Made by a program: the position numbers and the translations under genes. A stretch of 63,640 nt of DNA, filler included, from Choristocarpus tenellus KU-1152 (taxonomy: Eukaryota; Protista; Phaeophyceae): NCBI GenBank assembly GCA_964200185.2. It is 11 parts of 11 records of this genome, joined end to end, with 100 filler letters (N's around TTAATTAATTAA, not from the genome) between each part and the next. Parts side by side here need not be neighbours in the genome. Positions count along the whole stretch, not along the records: positions 1 to 12,068 come from CAXNAD020001998.1; 10 more parts are not named here. One strand, given 5' to 3'. Shown in pieces: positions 1 to 12,168 of the stretch (position 1 is its first letter; each line of letters starts with the position of its first letter). The notes under the pieces were generated by a model. It did no database searches. It had not been told where the DNA came from and worked only from the letters and a program-made list of their open reading frames with translations.

Positions 1-292
1 CTCCAAAAGGTTTCGTAGTAGGTAAAATATATCCATTTGTGGGGCTTGTCATGGATTCCCATTCAAAAAGGGGCCCTAAAAAGGTTTTAGGACATTTATA
101 AAAAAAACATATGGGCACTTTCTGCGCATCATTTCGGTCAAACCCATCCTCCATGAAATGATCCATCCGCCATTATCATGATCCGCTGTTAGTTCTCTTT
201 TCCCATTCAGTTTTTCAGCAATAAGAAAAACCAAACAGCAAAACAAAACTTGCGTATAGGAGATGGCTTTAGAAAAAACAAATAGAGAGTGC

Positions 293-415
293 ACCTATAT
301 AAGAGAGGTTAATATAGGAGAAACAGGATATAACACAGGTAAATTGCCTTGACACAATTTTCAGATAATAAGAGAGGTTTCGGCGTTTTCCTGGGAATTC
401 TCTCTTATATCGAGC
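293..415 (+). repeat. ~125-bp repeat (family E), inverted partner of 5013-5143
   Basis: ACCTATATAAGAGAGG...GGTAAATTGCCTTG...TTCTCTCTTATATCGAGC aligns along its length, with mismatches, to the reverse complement of 5013-5143. Each copy also has short self-inverted ends (ATATAAGAGAG / CTCTCTTATAT). Confidence 0.8.
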
Positions 416-743
416 AAACTTCCATTCTTAAATGGACATTAGTAGAGTCTAGTGAAAGGAGAAACTATTATGTACATAGAACACAAGCACAACAATAGGA
501 GAAGACTCCAATCTCATATTGTGTGAACACCAACCAAAGTTTTTAGCTTTTTGTGGAAGAACAACAAAATGCCCCTCCTACACTGAAACTTCACTATGAT
601 GAAGTAGCCGGATGAAAAGTAAGAGGGGAAGAATCACACAAATCTGTTAACCCTCTACTAGTCTATCTACCTGGAGTCTTTATAGTTTGAAACGCAACAT
701 TTATCTGGAAATTGCCAGCTGAGCAGCAACTGACACAGCATGT

Positions 744-915
744 GGATCAAAGTATCTGGGAGGGAGTGGCGGCTGTCCATTTGGGGTCAATTTTTATATG
801 TCGCGATTTTTGGGTTATTTGGTTGCATATGTCAGATGGGATACTGTAAATGCACTTTTCCTGGTCTTGGTCCAATGGACACCCTGGTCTAGACCCCTTC
901 CCAGATACTTTGGGT
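744..915. mobile_element. MITE family C (~170 bp)
   Basis: TIRs are GGATCAAAGTATCTGGGA ... TCCCAGATACTTTGGGT. ATGT flanks both sides (740-743, 916-919). Homologous to 10775-10954 and 43069-43216. Confidence 0.85.
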
Positions 916-1461
916 ATGTCGTTTGTGTGTGTCTTCACCACTGCTGCTCTGTTAGTGACTAGGTCATCTATATATATATTCTGCTTCTGGACCAACACAC
1001 CTGAAGCTTTCTAGTGCCAAGGGGTTCTGATGTTGAAACTACAAGGGTCAAAAGGTCTCTTGTAGTGGTGAACGCTTTCAAGCTTCAGCTGCACCAGTGA
1101 TTAATCATGAAGGGGCTTTGGGCCTTTATTTAGAGTTCAGAGGAATCTCAATTTTTTTTCTTACTTGTGGAATTCGTTCTACATAATGTTTTTTTTTCTA
1201 TTTTTAGATTTAAGGTTTACAGAGATCTGTCCAACGACTTCTATAAATATACCAATCAACGGTAACCTGGAATAATTTCTACATCCGTTGTCAATCATCG
1301 ACAACAGGAACTTTCGGACCAGGTCCCTTCGTCGTGGTGTGGTGGCATGTGGGGGGAGCACAAGATCTGGAGCACCCCCCCTTGCGTACATACCCATCCA
1401 TCTTGATTTTTTCATTGAGAACGACAAAAGAGTAGAAACAAGAGGCCGTAACACCATCAGA

Positions 1462-3599
1462 ATGAGCTATTTTTCCTTCCTTCTTTTTGTGCTCGCTGCC
1501 TGCACTTCAAGCGCTAGTAACATCGATATTCCGTCAAAGGACATGCAACAACGTCGCCTATCGACTGACGTAGACAAGGACGAGATACTGTTGGAGCACA
1601 ACATAGCTAGGTAGGAAGTGCAGGATAATATCGCAGGTCCTCGTACGCCTCAAATCTCTCCTCTCTGTACAGTGAGAACTAAACCCCTTGCCGTTCGTGA
1701 TAATTCCTTCGGCATGCAGGTGCATGCATGATACGACCCCACTGAAGTGGAAAAAAAAACTCGCCAAGAAATCACAGGTGTGACAAGGGAACCCCAGTCG
1801 ATCTGTGCTGAGATCATCTTGTAAAGTCAAACGTGCCGTTGAACACGGTCACCTCGAATTCATGGAATGTTGGAAGCTCGCATAGGGTCAGTCGTGTAAC
1901 TGAGAGAGCTGTATGATATGCCTTTTCAATGAACCTGCCGTTGCCCTCTCCAGAAATATGCCAACTATCTGGCGGAGAATATGTGCGGCAACCTGAAACA
2001 TAGTTCAGGCGAGAACTATGGAGAAACCTTGTACACTTGCGGAGCTTACGGAGGAGACGTGGACCCTGAATCACCCTGCTACACAGCTGAGAAAGTCATG
2101 ACAGGCTGGTGTGAGTGTCGGGTTCTGCTGAGGAACTTCTGCATCGCTTCTTGCGGCATAAAAGTCACGGCACATTTCATCCACACCAGCTTCATACACA
2201 CACACACACACACAAATCGCACGGTTAAGTGACCATTGCATGTGAATGCTCCTTTGCTCCTTTCCGCAGATACTGACGAGGTCTCCTATCTTGGGGGGCA
2301 CATGACCCAGGTGTGTTTCGCTTACCTAGTCGATCCTCCATATTCACGTCCTTGTTCTGAGAAGCTCGAGTGTGTCTCTGGATATGGTTGTATGTAGTAT
2401 TTGTTGTTTGGTTCTGGGCTATCTTGTTTTCGTTTTTTCCGTAAGAGCACTTGCACATGCATCGACTGACTACCGATTCTTGTCTCCTCTTATCGATGAA
2501 GGTGGTATGGGCGAGTACGAAGAAGGTGGGCTGCGCAAGACAGACTTGCATGGATGGGCGATACCACACAGACGTGATCGTTTGCCAATACAAAAAAAGG
2601 TTATTTGACTTCTCTCTCATTCTCTCATGCGGTACAAACCACAAGCAGCAAAGAGAGTACCACGGAATCTGTTTTTTTACCAAGTGACACCCCTGTCCTA
2701 CTGCTACATTCGGAGGGAACAATTGGTCATAGGGGTCGTCCTCACGAGGGCAAGAACTTTGATTTCAAGCATGATTGGTGCCCAAAGTGTTCAGTGTAAG
2801 TTGATATCATTGAGAGTTGTACATAGTAGCCTCCATCATGAATGAGTGAAAGTATCTTAGAGGGTACAGGTTTTGCCCTGTTTGTCCATTTGGTGCTTGG
2901 CTTCCCGTGGGTTCTTTTATGGCATTTTCCTACTCCAAAATGTTTAGGAGTGGGTAAAATATTTATGTTATGAAAAGAAGTGTCCAGAACAAGGATATTG
3001 ACATCTCCTAACGAACATGATAGTCAAAATTATATCAAAATCGCAACATTGGATTTTGGCCCCCAAATGGACACGGCTCTACCCTCTAAGATACTTTGAC
3101 TCGAATCCCAGACCTCCATTATTGTAGTCGATATGTGTCTTCTCTCTTAGTGATCTTTATTTATTCCACTTGCTTGTTTTAATCAATGTATGTTTCCAGG
3201 GGAAACAATGGAGACATGTCAAATGTCAAACCGAAGAATTCCAAGACGAAGGAGGAGGTAAGAAAACTATTGATAATTATAAATAATTTGAGGTGGAGTG
3301 GAAAACAAAACCACAAATTCCCACGACATCACATCAACACCTTTCACCCGGTTTTCGTTTTGTATGATACATGGCATTAGGATGTAAACCTGTATTTTCT
3401 TGGTGCAACTTTTCCCATTGCAATTAATTGATGTGTCTCAACCTCCTGTTATCTGTGCTTACTTTAGCATTCCTGATCATCCCATCCTTTCCTTGACACA
3501 ATTTCTCCCTATCATGCAACGATAATGATCTGATTTCCTCCTCTGCTTTTTAACGCAATTGACATCTCCGCTTTGCAGTGCAAGGCCATGCTGACCTGA
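1462..3599 (+). CDS. Secreted CAP/SCP/PR-1 (cysteine-rich secretory protein family) protein, 7 exons, apparently complete
   Basis: Phase-consistent GT-AG exons: 1462-1610, 1720-1777, 1954-2110, 2270-2310, 2502-2599, 3200-3257, 3579-3599. Translation: signal-peptide-like MSYFSFLLFVLAACTSSAS, then EILLEHNIARCMHDTTPLKW..LAKKSQKYANYLA..LKHSSGENYGETLY..GWYTDE..GHMTQVVWASTKKVGCA..VIVCQYKKRGN..EECKAMLT*. These are canonical CAP motifs. Confidence 0.93.
2844..3102 (+). mobile_element. MITE family A (259 bp) in intron 5 of the CAP gene
   Basis: 23-bp TIRs GAGTGAAAGTATCTTAGAGGGTA / TACCCTCTAAGATACTTTGACTC, with a 4-bp TSD GAAT at 2840-2843 and 3103-3106. Confidence 0.95.
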
Positions 3600-5012
3600 A
3601 GGGAACAACAAGAGAAAGTCATATTGCCTAGGACGAGATTCTCTGCGATTCAGTTATACTGTTTTAACATCTGCTTCATTGTGTTTGTGACTTGGTGCTG
3701 TGAGAGTGACAAAATAATATATACTCGATGGAGGAAGAGTTTGACAAGAAGAGCTGGAAAGGAGACTACTAGTCATCGACCAAAAATAGTACTCCAAGTT
3801 TATATTGCCCATTTTCTGTGTAGTGCCCTAAAGTGGTACTGGTTATATTGGCCCATACCCATAGTAATGCGTTTGGTCTTGCACTACCTTGTCTGTATCA
3901 TTTTTTCTCTTGTATCAGGCTGTAGAGCCAGGGATGAGATAATTATTCCATGGTTTACTTCTTTGATCCTAGCAATGATTAGGTGTCTGCAATTCATATT
4001 TCTTGCTCTATGCTTGCTTGACATTTTTGGAATAGAGCAGTTAACTTGTCAAGTCTGAACTGACGAGACCAGTAGTACTTCTAAGAATTGTGGAACATTG
4101 GTGGTAAATAAACAAGTCATAATGTGCCTTGAATGTGTTTATGGGATTTACGTGGATTCACACAATTGCAGTCCACCTGTACCTCCATTAGATTTGCCTT
4201 TTCTGATAATGTCAAATGAAGGTGCTTATTACACCTGTAAGGCAAGAGGATACGTACCCGTTATTTGTTGAGTGTTAGATATTTTGTTCATTTCCAGCCC
4301 TCACTGCAGCTTGTTTTCAATAGACAACATCACATAAGGCTTCCCCTGCACATCCGATCTGGTCTGTGCAATAGCTCAAACCATTTCAACTTAAGAGATG
4401 AAATGAAGCAAAGATTTAATCATACTATTTCCAAACATGGAAAACCCACTTCGTTCCAAAGGTGCACAAAGTTACCATATTCTTTATCCAAGTCAGGTTG
4501 AGTGCGTAGTGTGTTGTACCTGGGAAGTATCGATAGGTGGTACATAACCAGTGGATGGAATAAAAGCGTGTGCTGCCTTAGCTATATACAAGATATTTAT
4601 AACAGAAAAACAGAAGACAGTATAACAATTCTACAACTCTTGACAGGAGGTACACAAGAGTAACCCCCGATCTTCAATTGTTTGAGCAGCGTTGTGTGCA
4701 AAATTCTTTCGTGGGTAAAAGCAAGGTTTGGGAAAGGCGATGTGGGGTCAAATTCCCTCTTATTGTTGCTGCCTCAGAAAAACTTTGATAGAGGACCCAT
4801 GACATTTAAACCGTTACATCTGTACAATACAGACGTTTAAACTTGATGCGACATACTGTATGTACTGTACTATGCAGTACTGAGAGACAAAAAGACTGCT
4901 ATGCTGTGTCCTCCTGGTCTCGAGCAACTTTGAGCCTTACTTGGTTATATTTTGCTTAACTTTAGACATGGCCTTTTGGAAAAACCCCCACTGAAGTAGC
5001 GAAAAAAAATAA

Positions 5013-5143
5013 GCTCGATATAAGAGAGAATTAGCAGGAAAACGGAGAAACCCCTCTTCTTATTTTCTGAAAACTCGTGACAAGGCAATTTACCCTCTCT
5101 ATCATATCCCGTTGTCTCTTATGTTGGCTTCTCATATATAGGT
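5013..5143 (-). repeat. ~130-bp repeat (family E), inverted relative to 293-415
   Basis: The reverse complement aligns to 293-415. Similarity stops sharply at both ends. Confidence 0.8.
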
Positions 5144-5799
5144 AGAGCGAATGTAACTCAATCCTACCAGAATTCTCCCACCCGCAAAACTCAGACTACT
5201 TCATAAACTTTCCCGTTTAATTTTTATCTTTATTTTTTGCACTCTCTTGATACTACAAGGTTTCCTTGTGAGGGCGTTTGGCTGAGAATGTGTATCATGC
5301 GTCTATGCAAGGTATAATGTTTCTATTCCTAAACATCAAAAAAGATGCAATGTCCTGACCTTTCCATACTAGAACCTGAATTCATTCAAACATGTCCGTT
5401 GAAGTTTTTTTCCACAAGACTTGGATCTTTAGTCGAGTATCAGAAAACACACCCTGACCAAATGTCGCCATCTTCGTATTCAGGTAAGTGGAAAAGAGAC
5501 ACCCAACTCATGGGCAGGCCTTAAGCATCCTATGTGATTTAGGATGCCTGACGTACGCGAGCATGTCCCGATGTAGAAGAATAGATAGATTGCATAGAAA
5601 AGAAAAGAAAGAGGAAAAACAACGAAATGGTCAAAGTAGTTCTGAAGAGGACAGGAGAGATTGCATCATATTATATGATTACTATCAGAGCAAGTAATTA
5701 TCAAAGAAATCCACAAGAAACAACGAGAAAAGTAAGCTCGGTGAATCGGACAAGGCAACAAAGGTTGAGCCATCAGGTGTGCCTGTCAAATCCAAAAAA

Positions 5800-8700
5800 C
5801 ACCTGAAAATGCCTTCAAAGTGTGTTCGAAAGCTTCAGCTTAGGGTAACTCGTCATGTGGGTAGAGCGTACCTTGAACACACATCATTGAAGAGCTTGGT
5901 CCTCCATCATGGCACCACCATCATGCCCACTTACCTGACTCATCAAACCACTACCACTCTATGTGCTACAATGCATTGTATCGAGCACATCACAAGCGTA
6001 CATGAAAACGTCACACTGATTAATCTTATCTATTGTCACGCTATATACCACCATACACAACGTAGGCAGAAAATAGATTACTGTGACAACAAGGTTCAAT
6101 TCCCAGAGAGACCACGTCATTCTTGAAGATTTGTGAAACTAGGGTGTGCAGGTCCCCAAGTTTCCATCAAATGTAGTTGTTTGTAGTACACAGAGACACC
6201 ACAGGCATTGCAGTGGCTTGGGGTCTCAGGGTGTACCTAGGGACTATCACACCGCCGAGGATGGATTTTCGCAAAGACCAGAGCCCAATGCAAAACAAAC
6301 GCCTTCAAAGCACTTGCAGTCACTGCCTTCACCAGCTCCGCAGACCCGTGTATCCCAAACAAACAGAAACACAAAATGATGCTGTCACAAAGTGTTGAAG
6401 TTGGTATATTGGACCCTGCTGGCACACATTATTTGTTCTCACCGGATGACGTTAACTGATGAGGTCGGCAAACACCAACGACACACATACGTACACATTT
6501 ATTATTGCCATATATATGCCTCCTTCTGACAAGGACGAAATGTGGGACTAACACCTCAAAAGGCTCCTTAGGTCCGTACAATTTTGCAAGAGCGACCGTA
6601 CGACTAAGACAAACGATACCACCCCTGATCCTAAAGTGTTCTGCCATATGCATCGTTTGCTATATGACGTAGCATCGCTTGAGGCTGCACGTCAAAATGT
6701 CGCGTTGACATGCTGCCATCTTGTACTCCTGTAAGGACACAAGAAATCTTAATGCCAACATTGAATTAAAGTACGAAATGAGCAGGAAGTAAACCTATAA
6801 TGCGTCCATTCGTTTTGAAGGTAATGTTCAAACATAGGCTACTCATTTGTTTCTTGTTGATATGATACACAAACTACCAGCTTGTACTGACTGTTGATTC
6901 GTGCACTGCGCTGGTTGTTAGTGTTGATTTATTTATTGCGCATTCCAACTCATCATCACATCGATGACAGTAGATTGAAGTATAGCATCAGTTGATATTT
7001 AGTTGATCCACATCACACACAGGAACATCATAGCACACGTCATCCAAGTTACTTCGGAACTTGCATCAAGTGCGTTCCACTGTTACCTTGTGTTCCTCCT
7101 TTTATTTTTTTGTTGTTGCCATCTCTGTTCTTTCTTTTTATATGCATAAGATCCCAGATGCACGGAAATTGTTGATTTTTTTATTGTCATTGTCCCCTCA
7201 CTGAGCACCTAAAGCTCACTCTGCAATAGTGCCCCTGACGCACACTTGAATGTAATACACACAGAGTTAAAACCATCTACTGAAACCCTTGCCAGCCAAG
7301 GTAACAAGCCTCTTCACAGAGCATATACTTCTTTCACTAAGTATACCATGAAATAACACTGTATTCACATCACATCATTCTTAACCGAGAGATCAATGAC
7401 TTCAGTTGCAACAGAACAAATATATCAGTGCTTTACTTCGCAACCACATCTACTCATACCACAGACTACGCTTCCTACTCATCGGTGCTTTGCAACACCA
7501 TGATTCCTCTTCCTTTTCGTAGTCTATGTATTACATATACAATGCATTCGAAAGTGGTTTCGACAGGTAACACCTCCACACCTCATGTATTGTGAACTCA
7601 GTGTATCTCCCGATCTCACTAGACATCCAAATCAGCATTATGTTTTGAAGTCTTACAAACAATCGAACCCCCCTTCTGGAGTCTCGAACATGCTGGTGGT
7701 GACGACTTAAGCCCGTAGTGGTATTGTATGACTGCCCGAGCACAGCTCATGCCTGCATAGAAATGATAGGTCGTAAACAAACAACGTCACAATTTAGGAC
7801 CGCCCAGAATTCCGCATTCTCGTCTTAAGAAAAGAGTACCCCAAGTAAAAATGTTTCTCCTCTTACATTTCCGTTAGTGTTTGTCGAACTTGACGAGTGA
7901 CATAACAGTTCAGATGGAATTCCCTGACAGGCTCCGACCGAAGCGCTGTTACAGCCAAAGTCAATATCCACTTGAGCAACGTAGCACTGTGGTCAATGTG
8001 GGAGTTTCATTGAAAGGGAGGGAAATGCAAGGAATCACCAACAGAGTTTGTGACTGAGTTGTTAGATAGACGGCAACACCTATCGACCGAAAACATCACA
8101 AGAATAAAGAGTCAGCAAAAGGTCTTTGTACAATCACAGGAAGACTTCACATCAAATCTATCTTGTGCAGTTAGCCCCAATGCAATGGAGGAGGGAGTGC
8201 CCAAGACACTGCGTCGCTTTTAACTTTGACCCTCAATCGAACCAATGAATACAGCGTACATTCGTTCCCAAATACGTAAACCCTCCCTCTCCAAACTACT
8301 CAACTGGACATGCATATATGATACTCTAGGTTTTCGTACCAAATTCAACATTATTGCCAAATACTGGTGGAGTTGGTGCAGTGAGAAAGAGATATAATTG
8401 GTTTGCTTGTGAGTCACCATATAGCCTGTACCAAATTTCTCGACTTCGTGTGACATATCATGGAGTAAGCGACTAGCTCGATCCTCTTATTTCATGAGAA
8501 AGTCTTCAAAGCTTAGAGAACGTATCAAGAAGAGGACGACTCGTCGCCACACCTCACTCACAACAATGGTCCTCACCGGTTGATTCAAAGTGGTACTACA
8601 TGTGGATACTTGTTGGTGGGAGTAGGGAAGCAGCAGATGGATGCCCATCACAAAAATGGTAGCTCTCTGAGTCTGACGTAGAAGGGGTGCCATATCTGAT

Positions 8701-8860
8701 TGTGTATGCGTTTTTAATTGGATGGCGCAACGAATGAACTCGTCAGTATGGGGCGAGTGGTGCAACAGTGGCGTGTGAGAGACTGAACGAGGAACGCGAC
8801 AGACAACACAAGTATCAAGCGTGAGGTGAGTGTATGATGTTGGATTAGACTCTTCCAACT
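5800..8860 (-). pseudogene. Decayed transposase-like coding remnant, possibly KDZ (Kyakuja-Dileera-Zisupton)-like; boundaries approximate
   Basis: Minus-strand frames are riddled with stops. 6429-6653 reads GGIVCLS...GPKEPFEVLVPHF..RRHIYGNNKC, resembling the ESPxxPFxxLxxRF...IIYDNAC motif I recall from KDZ-type transposases. Parts recur at ~11690-11910 (inverted) and ~12002-12068 (direct). Confidence 0.3.
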
Positions 8861-10165
8861 CTATCGGACAGTTACGGTAAAATATGTATGGAGTAACGGA
8901 AGAACCAATTAGTGGTTGAGTTATAAAAACCTTTTACTAGTGACTAGTTGTATGATAATTTTTCTCATATATATGGAAATATTTCTGATTTTATGGGGTG
9001 TTGCATGCCCCACTTAACTTTAATCACTCACTCTACAGACACCAAGCAATCTCGCTGGGTTTATCACCTTTATCCTCTTTGATGATTTGGGAGATACTTC
9101 AAACACAATATATTGACCTTAGGTTTCTAACCCATCATTTCATCATGTCTACACAAGGAGATGCGATTCAAGAATTGCGGGAACCTGTTTCTTCCGAGGG
9201 CCCACCTGTCCAAGAATTCAGACAGCTTATGGTGATGTTAGCGGAGTTGTCACCAAGAAACGTTGGCAATCTCATGGTTCAGACTGAAAGAGTCGTTGAC
9301 GGAAATCATCCCGTTGTCCAGGCCGCTGTGCCCAGCACACGGCCTCCGGGGACAAAGTATCCGGGGTGTGTGTGTGTGTGGTTTGTGAGGGGGCGTCTGT
9401 TTTGGTCCGGACGAAGCGCTCAAAAATCACAGCAATTGCTGTCTTCTGTCGTGAAACGTCCGCGACCGAAGACAGCAATTGCTATGATTCTTGAGTAATT
9501 CGTCCGGCCAGAAACGGACGAATAATGACAAACCACCACCCCCCAAGATACGTTGACCCACTGACCGTCCTAGTTTGATGTATTTTGGGCTAAAATGCAT
9601 TCAAGATCTACGCTTGGTGCTTGAGAGAGTGTCGACTACGTTTTTATGGCTCAGGGAAGTTTTCGTTGGGTTGAAAGAGACTGGAGTGTGGGTGGTTGCC
9701 GCTGCTTGGTTTGAGTGTGGAAGACATGTCATATGTTGTGGAAATCTCAACCGTATGTCTTTCGATATCAGAGTTTGACAATGCTATAGGTGGGGTCTCT
9801 TAGGTCAGAAAAACTGAGCTGTTTGGAGCCGTTTTTAGGATCTCTTATCATCATTTGTCGTTGGGGCTTCTTTGGTTTACAGACATTGGAATATATCTGA
9901 GAACCCTTGCGACCTTTCCATCTGGGAACCCTTGCGACTTTCCCGAGTTACAGATTTTATTCTACAACTTTTTAGCAAATCGGAGTTTCCCCTCTTGGGG
10001 TTCTCCACGCGCGTACACTGCTCGCGCGGTTAAAGCGCGGGAAGAAGCGCGGGAAGAAATACTCGGGTTATTCGCCTGTAACAATACTACTTCAAAAGAC
10101 AGATGTGTATTGCAACATATGATAGCGTGCGCTTTGTCCCCGGATATGTGCAAAGTGATCCTATA

Positions 10166-10426
10166 GGGTCAAAACAACTGAGAGGTAGGCAGGGTTGCAT
10201 TTAAGGATCCCGAGAGAGGAAAAAGATTCCGTATTGTACATTTGGAGAAGGAGCCTTTGCTCTGAACAGTGGTATCATTTTATGCGTGGAAAGGGGTATA
10301 ATCAATTTTGCGTACACTATTTTGCACACATAGCAATTGAAATAGAGTGTGTTGCACCAGGTTTAAGACAGATGGCTTAGAATACAAAAGGGTTCAAACT
10401 TGCCTACGACTCATTTGGTTTTACTA
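10166..10426 (+). mobile_element. MITE family B (~260 bp)
   Basis: TIRs GGGTCAAAACAACTGAGAGGTAGGCA ... TGCCTACGACTCATTTGGTTTTACT. The body is homologous to 43366-43891 and, inverted, to 53124-53386. Confidence 0.8.
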
Positions 10427-10774
10427 CATCCTATGGTTGTACTTCTTCCCAAACTTTGTTCCCTCTCATGATCAGGGCTACTCCCATGGCCGGGACAATA
10501 TATGGGGTGAGCGTTCTGATAAACAAGGAAAAGGAAACCATTGCCGGTGACAGGTACAAAGAGTGCCAGTGCAACTTTGCTTCCAGTGGTTTTACCGCAA
10601 AGTGTCACCAATGGCTTTGAGTTGTCTCCAGGGCTGCCACCATGACGAGACATGGTCTCTGGGTAAGGGAAACACATCTCACTTCTCTTGTTATATTGAG
10701 TTGTGTCCCGAATCTCATCAACTTGACAGTATTTCATATTGTACGAGGGTGGGTATTATTGCGAGGTTTGTTTT

Positions 10775-10954
10775 GACCCAAAGTATCTGGGAGGGGGGTG
10801 GGGTCTAAACCAGGGTGTCCATTTGGACCAAAATCAGGAAATGTGAATTCGTATTATCCATCCGACATATGCAGCCAAATCACACAAAAATTGCGACATG
10901 AAAAAATTGACCCCAAATGGACAGCCACCACCACCCCCCAAGATACTTTTAGCA
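10775..10954. mobile_element. MITE family C
   Basis: GACCCAAAGTATCTGGGAGGGG ... CCCCCCAAGATACTTTTAGCA with TTTT on both flanks. Inverted homolog of 744-915. Confidence 0.85.
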
Positions 10955-11957
10955 TTTTCATTGTTTTTCAAGTAGCAAGCGCCTTGCAGGTTAACTCTAA
11001 ATATTCACCCATCTACCCTCTAAGATACTTTGACTCTTCATATGTCCTCTCCACAAACCGGCTCACTTCCAGGTGGTCAAACCATGCATGATGAATTTGA
11101 CGTTTGTCTTGAGGGTTCATCTCGTGAGCTGGGGTCACTCAAACAACGTAGGTGAAGGCGAAGAACCAAACCTGCCTGCAGTCCTGGGCAAGAGCTCCAT
11201 TCGTGCGCCGAAAACTATTTTCCTGGATTTCAAAGTCTGTCCAGTTGGGGGTGACAATTGCCCCAACAGACAGATATTTCAAGGCATGTGAGTCTGCATG
11301 ATAAAGTCGGTACTGTCCTATCCTACCTCATTTCGCTCCTCACAAAGAACATATGGTCACCTTGGATATCTTCATTACTGACCACACACACCCTCGTACC
11401 CTACAGTCTCTTCGATTCCCTCCTCAATTTTGTAAGAGGCATATACGGCAAGACATTAGCCTCCAGCGACATGCCCGACTTTGAGGTTGTAGACAAGCTC
11501 CTTCGTCCGTATGAGTACTCCATTGTGAGGTATGATACCGTTCCTTGTCTTATATTTCACTCCTTACTCAACTAGTCAGTATCTTCCCCTTCGCTAGTCC
11601 CTTGAAAGTTGTTGAAACTTGAGTGAGTTCAAATGAGACGTGCTTGCTTGTGCTGTGAGCTTGTGGCGAAGAGGTATCATAGTGCAGTGAAGCACGAGTC
11701 AATTTGTTCTGGTAGATCTGACGACATGCTTTCTCAATCAGATTATGGTTGATGTAAAAGTGGTGTCATTCACTGAGCCGCTCAAATTTAGAAATGCATG
11801 CCCTCTGAAGAGGCTTGTCACCTCGACCGAGAAGGGTTTCTGAGGATGTGTTAACTCTGACTGTATTGTATCCAGGTGTGTATCAGGTACTCTTTAAGTG
11901 TAGAGTGAGGTTGATGTATTATGAGGGGGGAATGCCAGCCAAGAATAAAATTAATCA

Positions 11958-11995
11958 GAGCCAAAGTATCTTAGAGGGTAGGGCCGCGTCTATTG
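11958..11995. mobile_element. Truncated MITE family A end (another solo TIR at ~11013-11036)
   Basis: GAGCCAAAGTATCTTAGAGGGTAGGGCCGCGTC matches the family A terminus. Confidence 0.75.
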
Positions 11996-12068
11996 TTAAA
12001 AATAGGCTACTCATCTGTTTGTTCCATGATACGACATAGTTCCACCAGTCAACACTGACTGTTGATTG

Positions 12069-12168
12069 NNNNNNNNNNNNNNNNNNNNNNNNNNNNNNNN
12101 NNNNNNNNNNNNTTAATTAATTAANNNNNNNNNNNNNNNNNNNNNNNNNNNNNNNNNNNNNNNNNNNN
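12069..12168. other. Artificial contig-joining spacer (N44-TTAATTAATTAA-N44); the same spacer occurs at 20958-21057, 25198-25297, 30843-30942, 33517-33616, 36439-36538, 46294-46393, 50942-51041, 54997-55096 and 61009-61108
   Basis: Ten identical 100-nt blocks. The 12-mer places stop codons in all six frames. Confidence 0.98.

Noticed and set aside
2605-2845. ORFs that could be the last exon of the CAP gene
   Set aside because: The exon at 3200-3257 supplies the expected in-phase GN motif, so these ORFs lie in intron 5.
8998-9498. 166-aa ORF
   Set aside because: It has no recognisable domain and runs through a (TG)n tract. It may be a relic exon of the adjacent decayed element but cannot be supported.
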